Of a DNA stretch of 64,000 nt, positions 10,500-24,488 are shown in pieces (position 1 is the stretch's first letter; each line of letters starts with the position of its first letter). Under the pieces are notes generated by a model. It had not been told where the DNA came from and did not search any database. It was given only the letters and a program-made list of their open reading frames with translations. This DNA comes from Thalia democratica. Lineage: Eukaryota. Made by a program: the position numbers and the translations under genes. The DNA is taken from positions 52,018,001-52,082,000 of the forward strand of contig OZ241828.1 in NCBI GenBank assembly GCA_965202585.1, written 5' to 3'.

Positions 10500-13400
10500 G
10501 CCTTTTATTTGTGTGTAAAGTTAGATATAACGTTAATTTTATAAAACTTACAATTTTCAATATGTAAAAACTTTTCCAGAGCTTTTGCTGTAATTTATCC
10601 ACAAAATATAAACTCCTTTTTAAATTGTTTAACAGCTCCTATAAAATTTTGTATTTAGTATATTTTAAATCTTCATGCAGATGATTTACTAATTAAATAA
10701 AATTAATATGCCTTCTCATTTAAGGTCTCTACAAACTTGTTCTTATAACATTTTGATTAAAACTTTTTCTCAAAATAAAGCTTAGTTTGGTATTTATTGT
10801 TCAGATTCTTGCAATAAATTTTGTTTTACTACACGAGTGATTTAGCATTTAAATTAAATTGAACCTAGTCAACTTGGAATAAATAAATAAAATGTTTTTA
10901 TCATCAAACATATTCACAGCTCCAAATAAAGTAGCACAAACTTAAGGCAAAGTAACATTGTATACTAACTTCACAACTAACAAAAAAATTTTTTTAGGAT
11001 CACTTTATATAACATTAATTAGTTGTTAGTGTTATTAAAAACTACTAGCAGGTATTATGTATTGTATAAAGCTTGGAGTTTTCTTAATAATTCTAAAAAG
11101 TTTTAAATATAACCGCAATACATATTTTTGTAGTGGTTGTTTTGCAATGAAACACAGCAAAATGTTTAATTTTCTCAATTTTGAAATACTCTAGTTAATA
11201 TCATTTTAACATTTTAGATTTTCCAGAATTCTAAACAGTCTTTGCAATATTAATCTTAAACGCAAATAGACAGTATATTTAGTATTTATCAAACAGCAAG
11301 TTAATTGAATTGCATAAAACTGTTTTAATCTAAAATAAAAGTAAAATTAGGTATTTTTATTTTTGCTAAGAAAATTTAAACCGAGCTATTAAAAAACTAA
11401 AATAATTAAGCAAGTGTAAATAAGTTTACAAAAACAATATGATACTTATATGTTATAATAAATTTCAAACCAAGCTAGTCCGGTATGGTTTATAAATATA
11501 AGTTGTAACAAAATTTTCAACAGTTTATTATTTAGAAATGTCTCTTTTAAAATTTCATTTTGAATTCGAAAAAAATACTACAGCCAATAACAAAAACAGA
11601 TACTTTTGTTCAAAAACAGTTCGTATTTATAGTTTGTTTATACTAAGTTGTGGCTTATATTATTGAACATTAGTAAAGTATTACGTTTTTAACTAATATA
11701 CTTTTTCCGTTTTAAGCCTATTTTAAGTAGATTAAGAAATATTAAAATTTATATTAGATCTAAAGTAAAATGTATGGTTTTCTCTCTATGTATCTCACTG
11801 AATCTACGATCAAAACAAAAAAAAAACAAGTTCTGGTATATATTTTTAGTATTAAAAACACAAACTCAGAAATATTCATGCAACAATTACATAGTATATA
11901 AGTATACTTACTCTGTATCTGAGTATCTCCTACATTGAAGAGATATTTCGTCAAATGTTTTAAAGAGTTGGTGATCACAAAGAAAAAGACAAACGTAGTG
12001 CTATTTTCTATTGCTTTGCCATGTATACCTTATCAAAACTCAAACACTGATAATTCAAAGTTGTTAAATAAATTATAATGGGTGTGCTCAAGGTAAGCTT
12101 TATAGTTTTGATTTGATTCTCATCGTAAAGAAAACTGAAATTAAACACATAAGTATCCGCAAATGGAGTGATAGCTCTATTACCATTATATTAGCTGATT
12201 TTCGTTATAACTTTTGTTTGAAAAGCTTGTTTTTTATAACCCTGTATAATTAACTACTTTAAACTGAAAACTTTAACAATCATCAAAACTGTTTACATTT
12301 TATTTAATAAAAACTTTAAGATACGATTTGAAAAGTTTAAAGTGTGTATATAAATGTATTAAAATGGAAAATGTAGTTACTTTAAGTCGCAAATGGTAGA
12401 ACATTATTTGTTCTAAAACCCGAATAAAAAGGAACTAACAGCTATAATTTTTTTAACTACAAAGTTAACTGCATTTCTTTAAACTAGAACATGCTTATTG
12501 ACTGATAATTTAAGAGATTAACTTACTACAGAAAAAGTTAATAATCATTAAACTAATTAATAAAGCTTTACTTTTTAATATTGATAAGAGTTTCGATTTT
12601 AGTTATGTTAGCAGTATAAAAAATCGTTTAAAAACTTTTGCTTATTTGCTTACTTAACTTTTTTAAAAGCTTTCAAATTAATAAAGAATATAACTTGCTT
12701 ACGGATAAAAAAAAAGTTCTTAAATAGTGCTTTTTTAATTGCCCGCTTAGTATAGTTTTTTTAGAACTAATAATGCAAAATATATTTGTAAAATAAAAAA
12801 TTGGTGCGATGAATAAAAACAAAATTTTAACACAAAATGATAAATACAGCCGCATACTAAATATAACTTTTTCAATAAAGTGTGATTGCAAACAAATAAT
12901 TTTAACTAGGAAAAAACAATATGCTAAAGACTTAGTTAGTTACTTATTAGGGAAACCTTAATTCAAAATATCCTAAGATAATTTTAAAGCTCTTAATATA
13001 CAAAATTGAAAAATAAATTAAAATTACAAATTATATTTATATTTCAAATTTCATTTTAAGTAAGTCTTAGTACGCAGTTATTTATTCTGAGAAAAAAATC
13101 AACAAAATAAATTATACTTCTTTTGAACTATTATAACTATACTATGAAAAACAACTGTTGTTTAGTTTTCTCGCTAAAAATTAAGTTTAAAATAGCTAAA
13201 TATATTGCAAACTAAAACAAAAAGTTTAAAATTTATGTTTTTAAAAAATTACCACTTTTGTGTAAAAAATATTAATCCTGTCTAATTTAATTATTTTCTA
13301 AAAATATGAAGACTTGTAATCTAATTTCTTTAAGCTATTAGTTTAAAATAGTTTATAATATATTATTTTTCAACTTAAAATATATTACTAAATATTAACA

Positions 13401-14530
13401 AAATATTACATCATCTAACTGCAAATATCTTAGGATAAAAAGCTTTTTTGTAATATGGGACTATAAAATGACAAACTCTAAAATAGTGGCTTCAATTTTA
13501 AAATAATCTTAAAATCGTAGAGATTATAGAAAAGGTGTTGATGAATTGATTGCTGTAAGATTAATAAATATTGCATGATGAGCTTCAATTGCTCCAATCA
13601 TCGCTGTCATGGCCTTCATTGTCGCTGGCATTTCAGGAATCATATCAGATATTTTATCAAAAACTCCTCCACTACTGCTAGGAGCACTTCTAGAGGATGA
13701 AGCTTTATGCATATATAATAAAAATTTTAATACTTAATCACCTCTTTAGTACATAATAAGTACTTATTTATCTACATTAAACCTGTGAAGATTGAACTTG
13801 TTTACAAAATGAAGTTTAAAAAAACGTAATCTATCTTTTAATTTATCCAAAACTGTTTTATTACCGTTAGCTAAAAATCAATACATGATTTCTGTTGCTA
13901 TATAAATTCAAAACTTATAAAGTTAAACAAAACTATATCAAATACTTTTATTAAAGTTTGTCTATAAAAAGGTAATTATGTTTAAACTCATATAATAAAA
14001 CGAAAAAATTATTATTAAAATGATAACATTAGATTAAAAAAAAGGATCTGTTAAATTATACTAATACTTTTAATTTTAATCTTGATTGCTTGGGAAATTG
14101 TAAAACTATACACATCAGAAAATTTAAACAGCATATTTTAATACAAAATTACCAAATTTGTTTTGATAATATTTTATTGATTCTATCGGTCACTTATAAC
14201 AAATTGTAACAGTCAAAGTTTAGCTCAGTATATTTTCAAAGAGGGTACTTTCTACATACTAAAATTACTAAACAAAATTTGCTAAGATTAAGGTATTAAG
14301 TTTGTTTTTTCTTCTAATATTTAACTGAAACTATAAAAATTTCTACAGCATAACTTATATGTCTTTAAATAATAAAATACTAGTTCTATTATTTTAAATA
14401 AATAATATATGAACAATAAAGTTATATAAAATAAAAAATATGAACAATTTAATAAATGCTTCAATATTAATAGTTTATTAAATAATAAACACAAAAGTAT
14501 TATAGCTTTTTTTAAACAATAAAAACTATT

Positions 14531-15110
14531 TTAAGTATGTTTACAACCTTCACGCTGCGCTCAAGATACTTCATATGCTATCACAAAACTCGGCACAACA
14601 CCTTTTCAAGCACATTTCTTTATTAAAACTTTTGTTTTCTTCTTTAAAAAAAAAAAGTTTAAACAAGCAACTTTAGAACTGTCAGCAATGTTTTCTAGCA
14701 AAGTGTCTACATAAGTGCTGGTGTCTGTTCCAGTCTCTATCGTTTTGTTTTCTAATTTTGCAGACTTCTGATTTGTTAATTTTTTGTGAATGATCTTTGC
14801 TTTGGTTCATTATAACAGCATCGAACAAGTTGCTATCATCCTTATTTTCTATCAATTGTACTAAATTTTAAATTAAAAAAAAAATGAAAATTCTTTATGA
14901 CTTTGAATCACTGCTTTGAAGTTATCACCTTTAAAAAGATGCCCTACGGACAAGAAATAGTACAAAAATATACCTCTGTTATATTATTTTATAAATAAGA
15001 ACTTTTAAGTTTCGATATCAAAGAGTTATGTAATAAGTTAACACAAAACTTACATTGTCTATTTAAACTACTTCACGATACAAAAGTAAATTAATTTTCG
15101 CATTAACGCT
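14531..15110 (-). pseudogene. Inverted decayed ART-family relic
   Basis: Minus strand 14606-14531 matches the last 76 nt of A4 with 10 mismatches (VVPSFVIAYEVS*AQREGCKHT*). Weaker peptide resemblance upstream: QCKFCV...TEVYFCTISCP vs LRFCF...KVKILVCAIAVQP. Confidence 0.75.
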
Positions 15111-15257
15111 TTATGATCTAGATTTTAAAAATAAACATAAATAAACTTAAGTATATTTACAAAACCTCAAGTACAAATCTTTTTTTATAAACTGATTAAA
15201 CGATTAAAAAATTTGAAATAGATCTTATACGGTCGTATTGAATTTTTGCAGACTCAC

Positions 15258-15378
15258 AAACTCCAAACATCAGCTTTAAAAGCGTCATAACCAGAATCAA
15301 GTACTTGAGTAGCCACATACGCCGGAGTTCGAATACGAATTCGTTGTGAATGAGAATATTTTCAAGCTTTAAGTCTCT
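15258..15378 (-). pseudogene. CAMK-group Ser/Thr protein kinase pseudo-exon
   Basis: RDLKLENIL (subdomain VIb), then in a shifted frame TPAYVATQVLDSGYDAFKADVWS (VIII-IX). Flanked by cag| and |gtgagt. The DFG segment is absent. Confidence 0.75.
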
Positions 15379-18300
15379 GCTTTTGTTGTATGTTAGTTTT
15401 GGTACACTAGTTGTACTGAAAATTGTGAAACCAAGATTTTAAACAGATAAAATATATTCTTAAAGTATACCAGTTATTTGTTGTAAATAAAAACAGTTAG
15501 AATAATTTTTAAAATTGCACTACGTTTTTAATTAAAAATAATGTTTTGCTGAAAAAATTCAAATTTCATACTTTTTTTATAGTATTTTGCATTAAAATTA
15601 ACATTGAACAAACACTTTTGTAACACTATGCAATTAAAAAGCTGCATTTTATTTTATACTTAGATATTTTCTGGTGATTAAAACCAAACCTGTGAGAAAC
15701 TTTTTAACATTACAATTTAAAGTAAACAACTAGTTTAATTGTTTGAACATAAAAAAATATTTTCATTTCAAGAATAAAGGCACAAAAATCAAAAAACGTG
15801 CGTACAAAATGTAGATAAAAATTGAAAATAGTACATACTTAAAGCATATTGTTTACTTTATTTACTTTATATTAGGTCTGCTTCAAGCAGGACCATTACC
15901 CAGGTATTATTTTCATCATTTTTTTGTATAACTTTTGCTTCGGAACTCTTCCAGTCGCCTACCTCCAAGGAAAGAGCTCGACTTAATTGTTACGTCACGA
16001 CCGTGATTTTTACAAGCGAGTGTTTCGCTTTCCGTAATATGACTAGTTTTGTTTTATAGAAACAAGTAGTTAACTCATGAGCATTTTTTTACACTAATAT
16101 GTTTCTAGAAAGTTGTATGTCACCAATTACATAGAGGTAATACAGTTTGAATTATTTTACTAAATTGAATTTTTACATTTTAATCAAAATATTAAAGCTG
16201 ATTTTCCTTTCAAACGAACATGTTCGAAATTTTGACAACATTGTTTGTATGAATCTTAGAAATTCCTACAAGCTGTAAAGACTATCTACAAGATTTGTTT
16301 ACAAATAGTTTTTAGATCTTTTACTAGATTAGTAGACAAGAAATTCATTTCAGCTTGAGATAAAAACTTGCAACAAAAGAAAATTTTTATATCAAAGAAA
16401 TTCATTAAGTTTCACTAAAAAATATAAGTTTTTAAACAAATTTTTATTTGTTGATTTTGTTTGTACCGTTTAATATATTTTTTCAGGTTTTATTGTACTT
16501 TATTTAATTAATTTATATGTCATTTGTAAAATGTGGGAATAAATAATGTTAATAAAGAAACTTACAAAGTACTTTTATAAAGGCTTAAAACAAAAAACTA
16601 AACCGTAATAACTTTTCATAAATATTTTTATAAGCTATATGTAATCTAACTGTTCAACTAAGTATATGTAACAATAATTAAATTAAAAACAAAAAATCTT
16701 TCATTTTGTTTATTAAGTTAAGTTATTACATATGTAAATTATGCTTAAAACTACGGAAAATAGGTTTATAAGTATTAATATGGTATTTTAAATTTGTAAA
16801 TAAACTATAACAATACTCTAACTTTAGTAAAAAACCCTAGTTGTTTAATATATATACAAAAATAGTATTCTAATGTATTAGAAAATATCATTTTACTTAA
16901 TAGTTTATGCGCTAGAAAAATTAGAAATATTTTAGTTTAAATTTATGATTTATCATTAAAATAAAATGTATTAAACTACTCAAATGCTAAATCTCTTGCT
17001 CAACTTTTTATCGTTTTTTTTTCTAAAAAAACTTTAAAAAGTGAAACAAACACAGATTTTAGAAATAATCTTCATTATTTGTTGTAAGTTTTATTAACCT
17101 TGAAGTCATCAGTAAACAAAAAAACTTATGAATCTTACTGTCTAGACACTTTTAGTTTTGTTATTTAATAATAAAAAACTATACTCAAATAATCCTGGGT
17201 AGTTAGTGTACCACTCAGAACGTTTTAAAGCTCGATCGATGTTAAAAGACTTAATAATTCGGCTATTATCACTTCTATCTGAAAAATCACGAAAAATAAC
17301 TACAAAGACAAAATGAGAATTGTATGAATTTTTTTTTTAGCGTTTACTACATGATTAATGTTTTCAAGCCTCCTCTTTTAAAGTCTTTGAACTCTTTGAA
17401 TTGTTAAAGTTATTATTTCAATCGAAAATAAAAGCTTTTTTCTAGAACTTGATTGGTGTTAATCTATTAAGCAATGCTTTATTTTTCTAATCTTATGCAA
17501 TGAATATTATGTTAAAATGTTACATTTTTAATTTAAAACCTAAATTAGCTAAAAAATCATGTAAAAGTTTTATCAATGGAACAAACTTCAAATAACATAG
17601 ACGGCTTCAAATAAAATAGAATATAGTAGAATGATTTAAGTTGGTATATACTGTATATTGATAAATTAGTTTACGAAATTTACGACTGAAGTAAAAATTT
17701 TACTTTTAAGTTTCTACTTAAAAAACATCAAATAATTATAAGCGTTATTAAACAGTACCAGCAACATCAGAAAAAAACTTTTTTATAAACAACTGCAGTA
17801 ATTACTTTTAGTTCTTAGTTATTCTGGTTGGTGTTAAACTTAAAAAAATATTGTAACATCTTAAAGATCTAGGCTTTACAATAAAAGTGTAGTAACAATA
17901 CATAATGATTAAACTAAAATTAATATAAAAGCTTTTGTTAAACTGTTTTGTTCATTACAGTAACGTCTCGCAAATCTTTGCACTTGTTTGGTTGCGCATT
18001 TGGTATTGTTACGCATTTTAGGATTACAAAAAAAAACGTTTTATGTTTTTACAGGGTTCCAGGTTTTTTAGCAACAATAATGAAATAAACATTTGAAGAC
18101 AATTTAAAGTAAATGATTTGAAAACAAAAATTTTGCATTTTTAGTGAGTGCTTTCCATAAAGAGCCTATTGAGTTTTTTTGCTTTCCAATTATATTTTAA
18201 TTGTTTTAGCTTTTTTTTAACCTTTAAATAAAAAAAGTACCATGTCCAATTTTTCAAAATATACTTCGCATAAAATTTCATTTTAAATCAAGAAACATCT

Positions 18301-19239
18301 TATTTTTAGCATTTCGTTCCTTTACCATCTTAGGTTGAACTTGTCTTGCATAGTATCAAAATTTTTTTTTCTTTTATACCACGCGAGAAAATTTATTTTC
18401 AGGTAGGCAAGAAACAAAGTAGAAAAAAAAAACTTTATAAAAATAAACAACTTAAAAAAAACTTTAAACTTATTTACAACTTTGATAAAGATTACTTTTA
18501 TTAACTGATAAAGTTGTGAAGTCCTAAAACTGTTTTTTATCAAATGTATTATGATAGAACAGTCAATATAATAGGTTAATTTGTTACCTATCGTTTAGTT
18601 ACAGTCTTTCGTTTACTTAAGCACTTCCGTGGACAAAATGTGCGTAAATTTGCGAGAGGTGACTTTGTTTGCTAAATACTTTTTTGTTGTATTAAGTTAC
18701 TTTAATCCAAAATTATTAAAATGATTATTTTGACTTTCATAAGTTGCTAAGAATTTTATAATATAATTAAAATGGTAAACGAATATACTTTTTCTGTTGA
18801 AACAAAAAAGAAACTGTCAAAATGTAATAAAAAAATATATAGATTAAAAGGTTGAAATTTGATCAGTTTTAACTTAAAAATGACATTAATATAATTTATA
18901 TTTAGAATAAAAACAAACATAACAAAAAAAATCTGTTAGAACGTAATAACTAAATTTCATTTTAAGTAATTAAAAGTGATAATTTAAAAGTTCGAATTAA
19001 TTGTTTTCAGTAATTTTCTTTCTGTTAAAATAAACACGAAAAATCGTTTAAACGTTTGTAGTAGAAGCTTTTCGTAAGAAAATAACATTAATAATTGGTC
19101 GAGACATAGTTTTATAGGCAATTTAAATAGAGAATATAAATTAAATATACTTTTAACATTTTATAGACACAAAAAAACAATTATAGCGTCGAAAATTTTA
19201 AAATACTGTTTAAGTACATAAATTACACAGCTAGTTTTA

Positions 19240-19845
19240 ATGGTACGTTAATAGTTTTAATGAAAAAAATAATGTTTTTCTCGAATTCATATTTGAGAAG
19301 CACGAGCTTCCAATGATGAAGTTGTGTTTGGTTTGCATATCGTTGCTACTCAGTATTGTTGCCATGTTGAAACCAACGTAGGTATGTGCTTTGTTATACA
19401 TTGATATGGGTTTGGACATAATGCACTGTCCTAATTTCGTTATTTAAATTGGTAGGTTTTTTAAGTTTTATTGAACTTTTACTTTTATTTTTAAAACTGA
19501 ACTCGAGTCTGTGAATCGAACGATGTATTTTACTATGAATAAACACGAACAGAACGTAACAATAAAAACTAACATATAATAATATAAAATATAACAATTA
19601 TTTAGTTAAACAAATGGCATCGAGTTAAAATACCACGGCTTAACAGCCTAACTTAAAACATACAACATCGTTACGCGATGTTACGGTTTCACAACTAAAA
19701 AAAATGCAAATAGAATCAGAACGATCAGATTTCCAAGGGCGCCAACTAGCGACAGTAGACAAACCACCACCGTGATGCCAACTTCCTCTCGCTTCTCATG
19801 AAACAAGGTTGAGTTTTCAAAAGAAGTTGAATTACCAGAGATCAT
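19240..19845 (-). pseudogene. Rhodopsin-class GPCR remnant
   Basis: MISGNSTSFENSTLF (N-glycosylation sequons) ...VVVCLLSLVGALGNLIVL (TM1 GN motif), then a stop. About 100 bp later, LYFILLYVSFYCYVLFVFIHSK...NNEIRTV looks like TM5-ICL3. Confidence 0.5.
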
Positions 19846-21377
19846 TTTAAACCTGCGTGAATTTTCCAATTTCAAATATCTAAAAACGCAGGCTGTTCTA
19901 ACACTATCTTGTATAATTAAAATTACACCTTTTTTAAAAGTCATTTCAAATTATTTGAAATATTATTATCTTTATACTGATTATAACACTACTGACAGAC
20001 AACTGGATGGTTACAGAAATCAAAGACCACAAGTTAGTGTTTATTTAGCATAACATATTGTAAGTTTTAAATTTAAGCTTTAAATTATATAACATAGCAG
20101 TAGAGCGACATCAGAAGAATATCAGTAAGTGCAAACATCGTACTATCTTACTTAATTTATTTTGTTTCTATGTGAAAATTATTTAATTTTAATTATATTT
20201 TCCTAATTTTAAATTCTATAATTGGCTATTTATAACCTTTTTGTATTTTTAGCTTAAAACTATGTATATTGCTATTTATAACCTTAATTTAATTTGTTAT
20301 GTAGATAGAAATCTAGTAATTTTGTTTTAAAATGATAAGTTAATAAAAAAACACCTTATTTATACAATCATCAATGAAATTATAATTACAAATAACTTTT
20401 TTAAAGAATTAAGCTAACTAGTGGGCGCATATTTTTCAAATATTTACAGCTGTAGTTTTTGTTGATATTAATTTGATTTTGTTATTTAAAACAGGATTTT
20501 CAGATAAACTTGAAGAACAGATCAAGTAAGTTCAACCATTACGAGGCGAGAGCGGATTTTGAAGACGTGCATTTTTACATAGTGAAGAAGAAGCTTTTGG
20601 AATATTTTTAAAGGCTCGAGATAGTAAAGAGATAGTATATTATCGAATTTTTATTGATAAAATCTTTTGTATAAATAACTAGGTGAGTAAGATATTTTAG
20701 ATTTTGTAAGCATTTATTTGTATATCTCATTTATCTGACTTTTTTAAGTTTTTTAAGTAGTACACTTGGAAGTATGTAAGTTGTTTTTTGCTTTGAAATT
20801 ACGCTTGATTATTTCAAATAACTTTTTTTGATAGGTAAAGATTTTTTGTAAAAACTTTAATCTAGTTATTTGTTATGTAATAAGTTCATATACATACTTA
20901 CAGAACCTTTTTTTCTATTCAGTAAGTATTCTAAAATTTCTATAAAATAAACTGTTTAGTCGTTCTACTTTATACAGTATTTTAATATAAGAATGATTAA
21001 CTTTACGAACTTTAACAATTTTTTATGATTGTTTTTTTTAAATATGGTTTGTTCTAAAACTTGTTTAAAACTAAATAAAACTGCCTTAATAAAATTCATA
21101 AAGTTTGCTGTAATTTTATATACTATTTTACAAGCTATAACTTGAGGATTTAAGCTAAAATATATTGATCATTACAGAGTGAACCCATAAATTCTTTAAA
21201 TGATTTTCAACTGGAATAAATATCATTATTATTTTTTTCTTTAAAATTAAAGTAGCCCATAGCGTAATTGTTTTTATTCATTTTCAATCAATTTTCACAA
21301 AACTTACTTTTCAACTATTTTTAAATGAGCAAAATAGAGGCAATAGTTTAGTTTTAGAATCAGAGCTAGTTAAGGTG

Positions 21378-21895
21378 GGTAGCTGTCAAATTTGCACGAG
21401 CGTACAAAATTGAACGAGACAATTTTGCACGAGCAGATAACTTTGCATGGAGACATTTTTGCACGGGTTAGTTTTATTTTTACTATCACTGTTACCCCTA
21501 GCCCTTACCTTTGGTAGGTAAGATGTTTTCTTTTTTTATTAATAAATACTATTATTAATTTTTTTAATAACAATATTTATGAGTTATTTTTTTATTTTTA
21601 TTTTAACTATCATTGTTACCCCTAAGCCTTACCCTCGGTCAGTAACTTTTTTGTTTTGTTTTTTTAATGATTAATATTTTAGTTTTTTTTTAATGCATTT
21701 TTTTTTTAATCTCGTGCAAAAATGACCCTCTGTGCAAAGTTGTAATTAGTGTAAAATTGTCTTCGTGCAATTCTGTCCCCTCGTGCAAATCTGTTTTCGT
21801 GCAAAATATCTTAGTGCAGTGTTGTGTCCTTGTGCAATTATGTCTTCGTGCAAATTAGTAACCGCGTGCAATGTTGTCCTTCGTGCAATTTTTAA
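21378..21895. mobile_element. Foldback-like MITE with inverted arrays of TTGCACGA/TCGTGCAA and a CCCTAA-like core
   Basis: About 4 ttgcac units on the left and about 9 gtgcaa units on the right; internal duplicated ttacccctag/aag-ccttacc. Confidence 0.65.
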
Positions 21896-22914
21896 GTTGT
21901 AATAAAAAACTATCTAGAAGAAAATAAACCTTAGGAGTTTATGTAAATTTACACAGAAACTGCTTCTGTTTATAAAACAACGAACAATGGACTCTAATTG
22001 CGCTTAATTGGCATTAATAGTTGCAATATTGAACAAACAGGATTTGTATATTTTTTCAATCGTTTAATTTTTAAGCAGCCAGAAATTTTATGTAAAACAA
22101 TCTGAAATAAATGAGTTTTAATTTAAATAGTTTTACTTTCACAGTCTTAAAACAGAAGCTTTCTAAAAAAATATTATGCATGCTTTTTTCTATCGTTCTG
22201 TTCTAATTTTAAGGCAGTTTTAACATACGTTTTGTTTTTTATTGTAACAGCTTGTATATTTATATTATTGTAGAATGTTTGGTGCTTAGTAGTTTTGAAA
22301 TTTAAACTATAAATAGAAAAATAATTGTAAAGTTCAATTAATTTGATAAAAAATTTTAAGGTGTTTTCAGTTATTTCCCAAAATAAATATTAAAACTTCG
22401 ACATTTATAACTAAAATACACATTGCGAGATCTTGCTGTTAATGCATTTAAAATAAGCTTAGGTTTTTTTTATACATTTAGTGTACATTTTCAAAATGCG
22501 TATTGTTTAAGTTTTTTTTTTTGAGTTTACCAGGTCTAAAGTTGTTACTACTTATTATTAAACATTTTCTAAAAACAAAACTGTTAAGCTATTATTTGAT
22601 TGTTTTTTTTTCAAAAATGGTTTTACAAATTAGATGTTATTCAAGTTTTATTTTACTTGAAAGACTTTTAAATGACCTTGCACCATATGGCATAACTTCA
22701 GTTGTAGATGGAATGTTTTATTTGGTTTTTATTAAAAAGTTTATAAAACGCTCTTATTACCAAATTTAAGTTGAAAATGATTCGTTTTCATATTTCAAGT
22801 TGAGGATCACTCTGAAATGCTAGTAAAAAACATAAACTGTTACTGCTCGCTCAGATTAATTTTAAAGCTAACCTAGAAAAAAATTTGTTAATTCATATAT
22901 CTAAGTACTTATAC

Positions 22915-23199
22915 CAGGTAGGCCACTTTACTTGTAATCCTAGAAAAACCCTAAATTTGAAAATTTTGTCTAAAAAAACCTGGAATTTTAAACAGTTTTT
23001 GCGTGTTAAGTTATAAAGTTTTGTTTTGACACAAAAAAGTTCATCTATTGCTTTTAATTTAAAAAATACGTTTCAAATAGCTTCACAGTATCTTTTTAAT
23101 GTCGTTTTACTATTTAACACAATCTTTGACCTTAAACGTAATATCAACTTAAAACATAAAAAAATTATTTTTAAAAACCTTAAAGTTGTGGTCACCCTG
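22915..23199. mobile_element. CAGGGT-terminal MITE (hAT/Blackjack-like), degenerate 6-bp TSD
   Basis: caggtaggccac ... gtggtcaccctg; flanks ttatac/ttataa; internal aaaacctggaattt shared with the other two copies. Confidence 0.6.
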
Positions 23200-24488
23200 T
23201 TATAATTTTTTTTTACCATATGAATATATACAAATTTATATTCCGTAAAATTTACAAGACCGCTTGTTGTTTACACTTGTAAAAACCAGCATTTTTTGCT
23301 TTAATTGTGTTTTATTGGTCGGTAATTACAGGGTCAGTTATTTGTAACAAAGCTAATGGGTTTAAATTTAAGAAAAAATGCAGTTTATGTGAAGTTATTG
23401 TAAAATTTAAGTAAACAAGTCAAGTTAAAAGTTACTGGTTTTTTAATTGTTACTAAGCATATTTATAAGTATTTTTTTCGTGCCTGAGTTTTTCTTAATC
23501 AAAGAAATAAATTGTTTTAATTTACAATAAAAAAGTATAATTTGTATGTTTCTAAGATTAAATTTAAATTTTTAAAGTATTGAACATTTTAGTAGCAAAA
23601 GTTAAGAAAATGAAATTTATGTGCTTTAATTTTTTAAAATACTAGTAATTAACTTTTCAATTAAGAATAGATTACGACTTACTTTGTAAAACTATTTTTG
23701 GTAAATGAAGACTTTAAAAGGTTTCAGTTATGTTTTTTTTTATATTAGTGTACTACTTATATAGTTCACTGTACAGATAGAGTTTTATACTCAAAAAATA
23801 CTAAAAAACTGCTTCTTATTGATTGTAGAAACGACTATAACACTAAAATTAAATGAACTGTAATGTACACTAGGCACAACAATACAGTTTATTTTTAATT
23901 TTTTTTAAGCCGAGATCAGAGAAGATGTGCTATGAAAACAAAGTTTATTCAAATGACGACGATCTTTATTAGGGGATTTTGCTGTAGCAAAGCAAAATTT
24001 GGAGATTTCAACAAACTGCAGTTGAACTTATACAAATTATTATTAGGTACTTATTTTTTAATATTTTTTTGCTACTAAATTAGTTGAGTATTGTATAACT
24101 TAGGTTGTCCGTAGTAGATACAATATTTCAGGTTAATATTAAACAATAAATTTATTTTGTTCTGTTCATTCAATTGATAAATGTTTTAGATTTTTAAATG
24201 AGATTTATTTAGTTTCACTACTAATTAGCCCACTTATATATTTTTGGATCACTGTTTTATTTGCTTTTTTAACACAAATACTAAATTTAGAAACAAACTG
24301 TTACTGTTTATAAAATAAATTTAAAAAAAAGGTCTACAACAGGCAAGTATGTTTTATTGTATTAAAGACTTTCTAAACTTGTACAACATAAATAAAGCTG
24401 CCAGGTTTTTTTTTTACGTTAGCCGGTAAACCAATATTATCCTAACATTTCAAATTAACAAAAATATATTTATTACTATAGTTAAAAT

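Noticed and set aside
11940-12092. TM6-like peptide KKKTNVVLFSIALPCIPY followed by a donor ag|gtaagc
   Set aside because: A single weak motif with no supporting segments.
15880-16060. GC-richer island (LEVGDWKSSEAKVIQK on minus)
   Set aside because: Too short and interrupted to assign.
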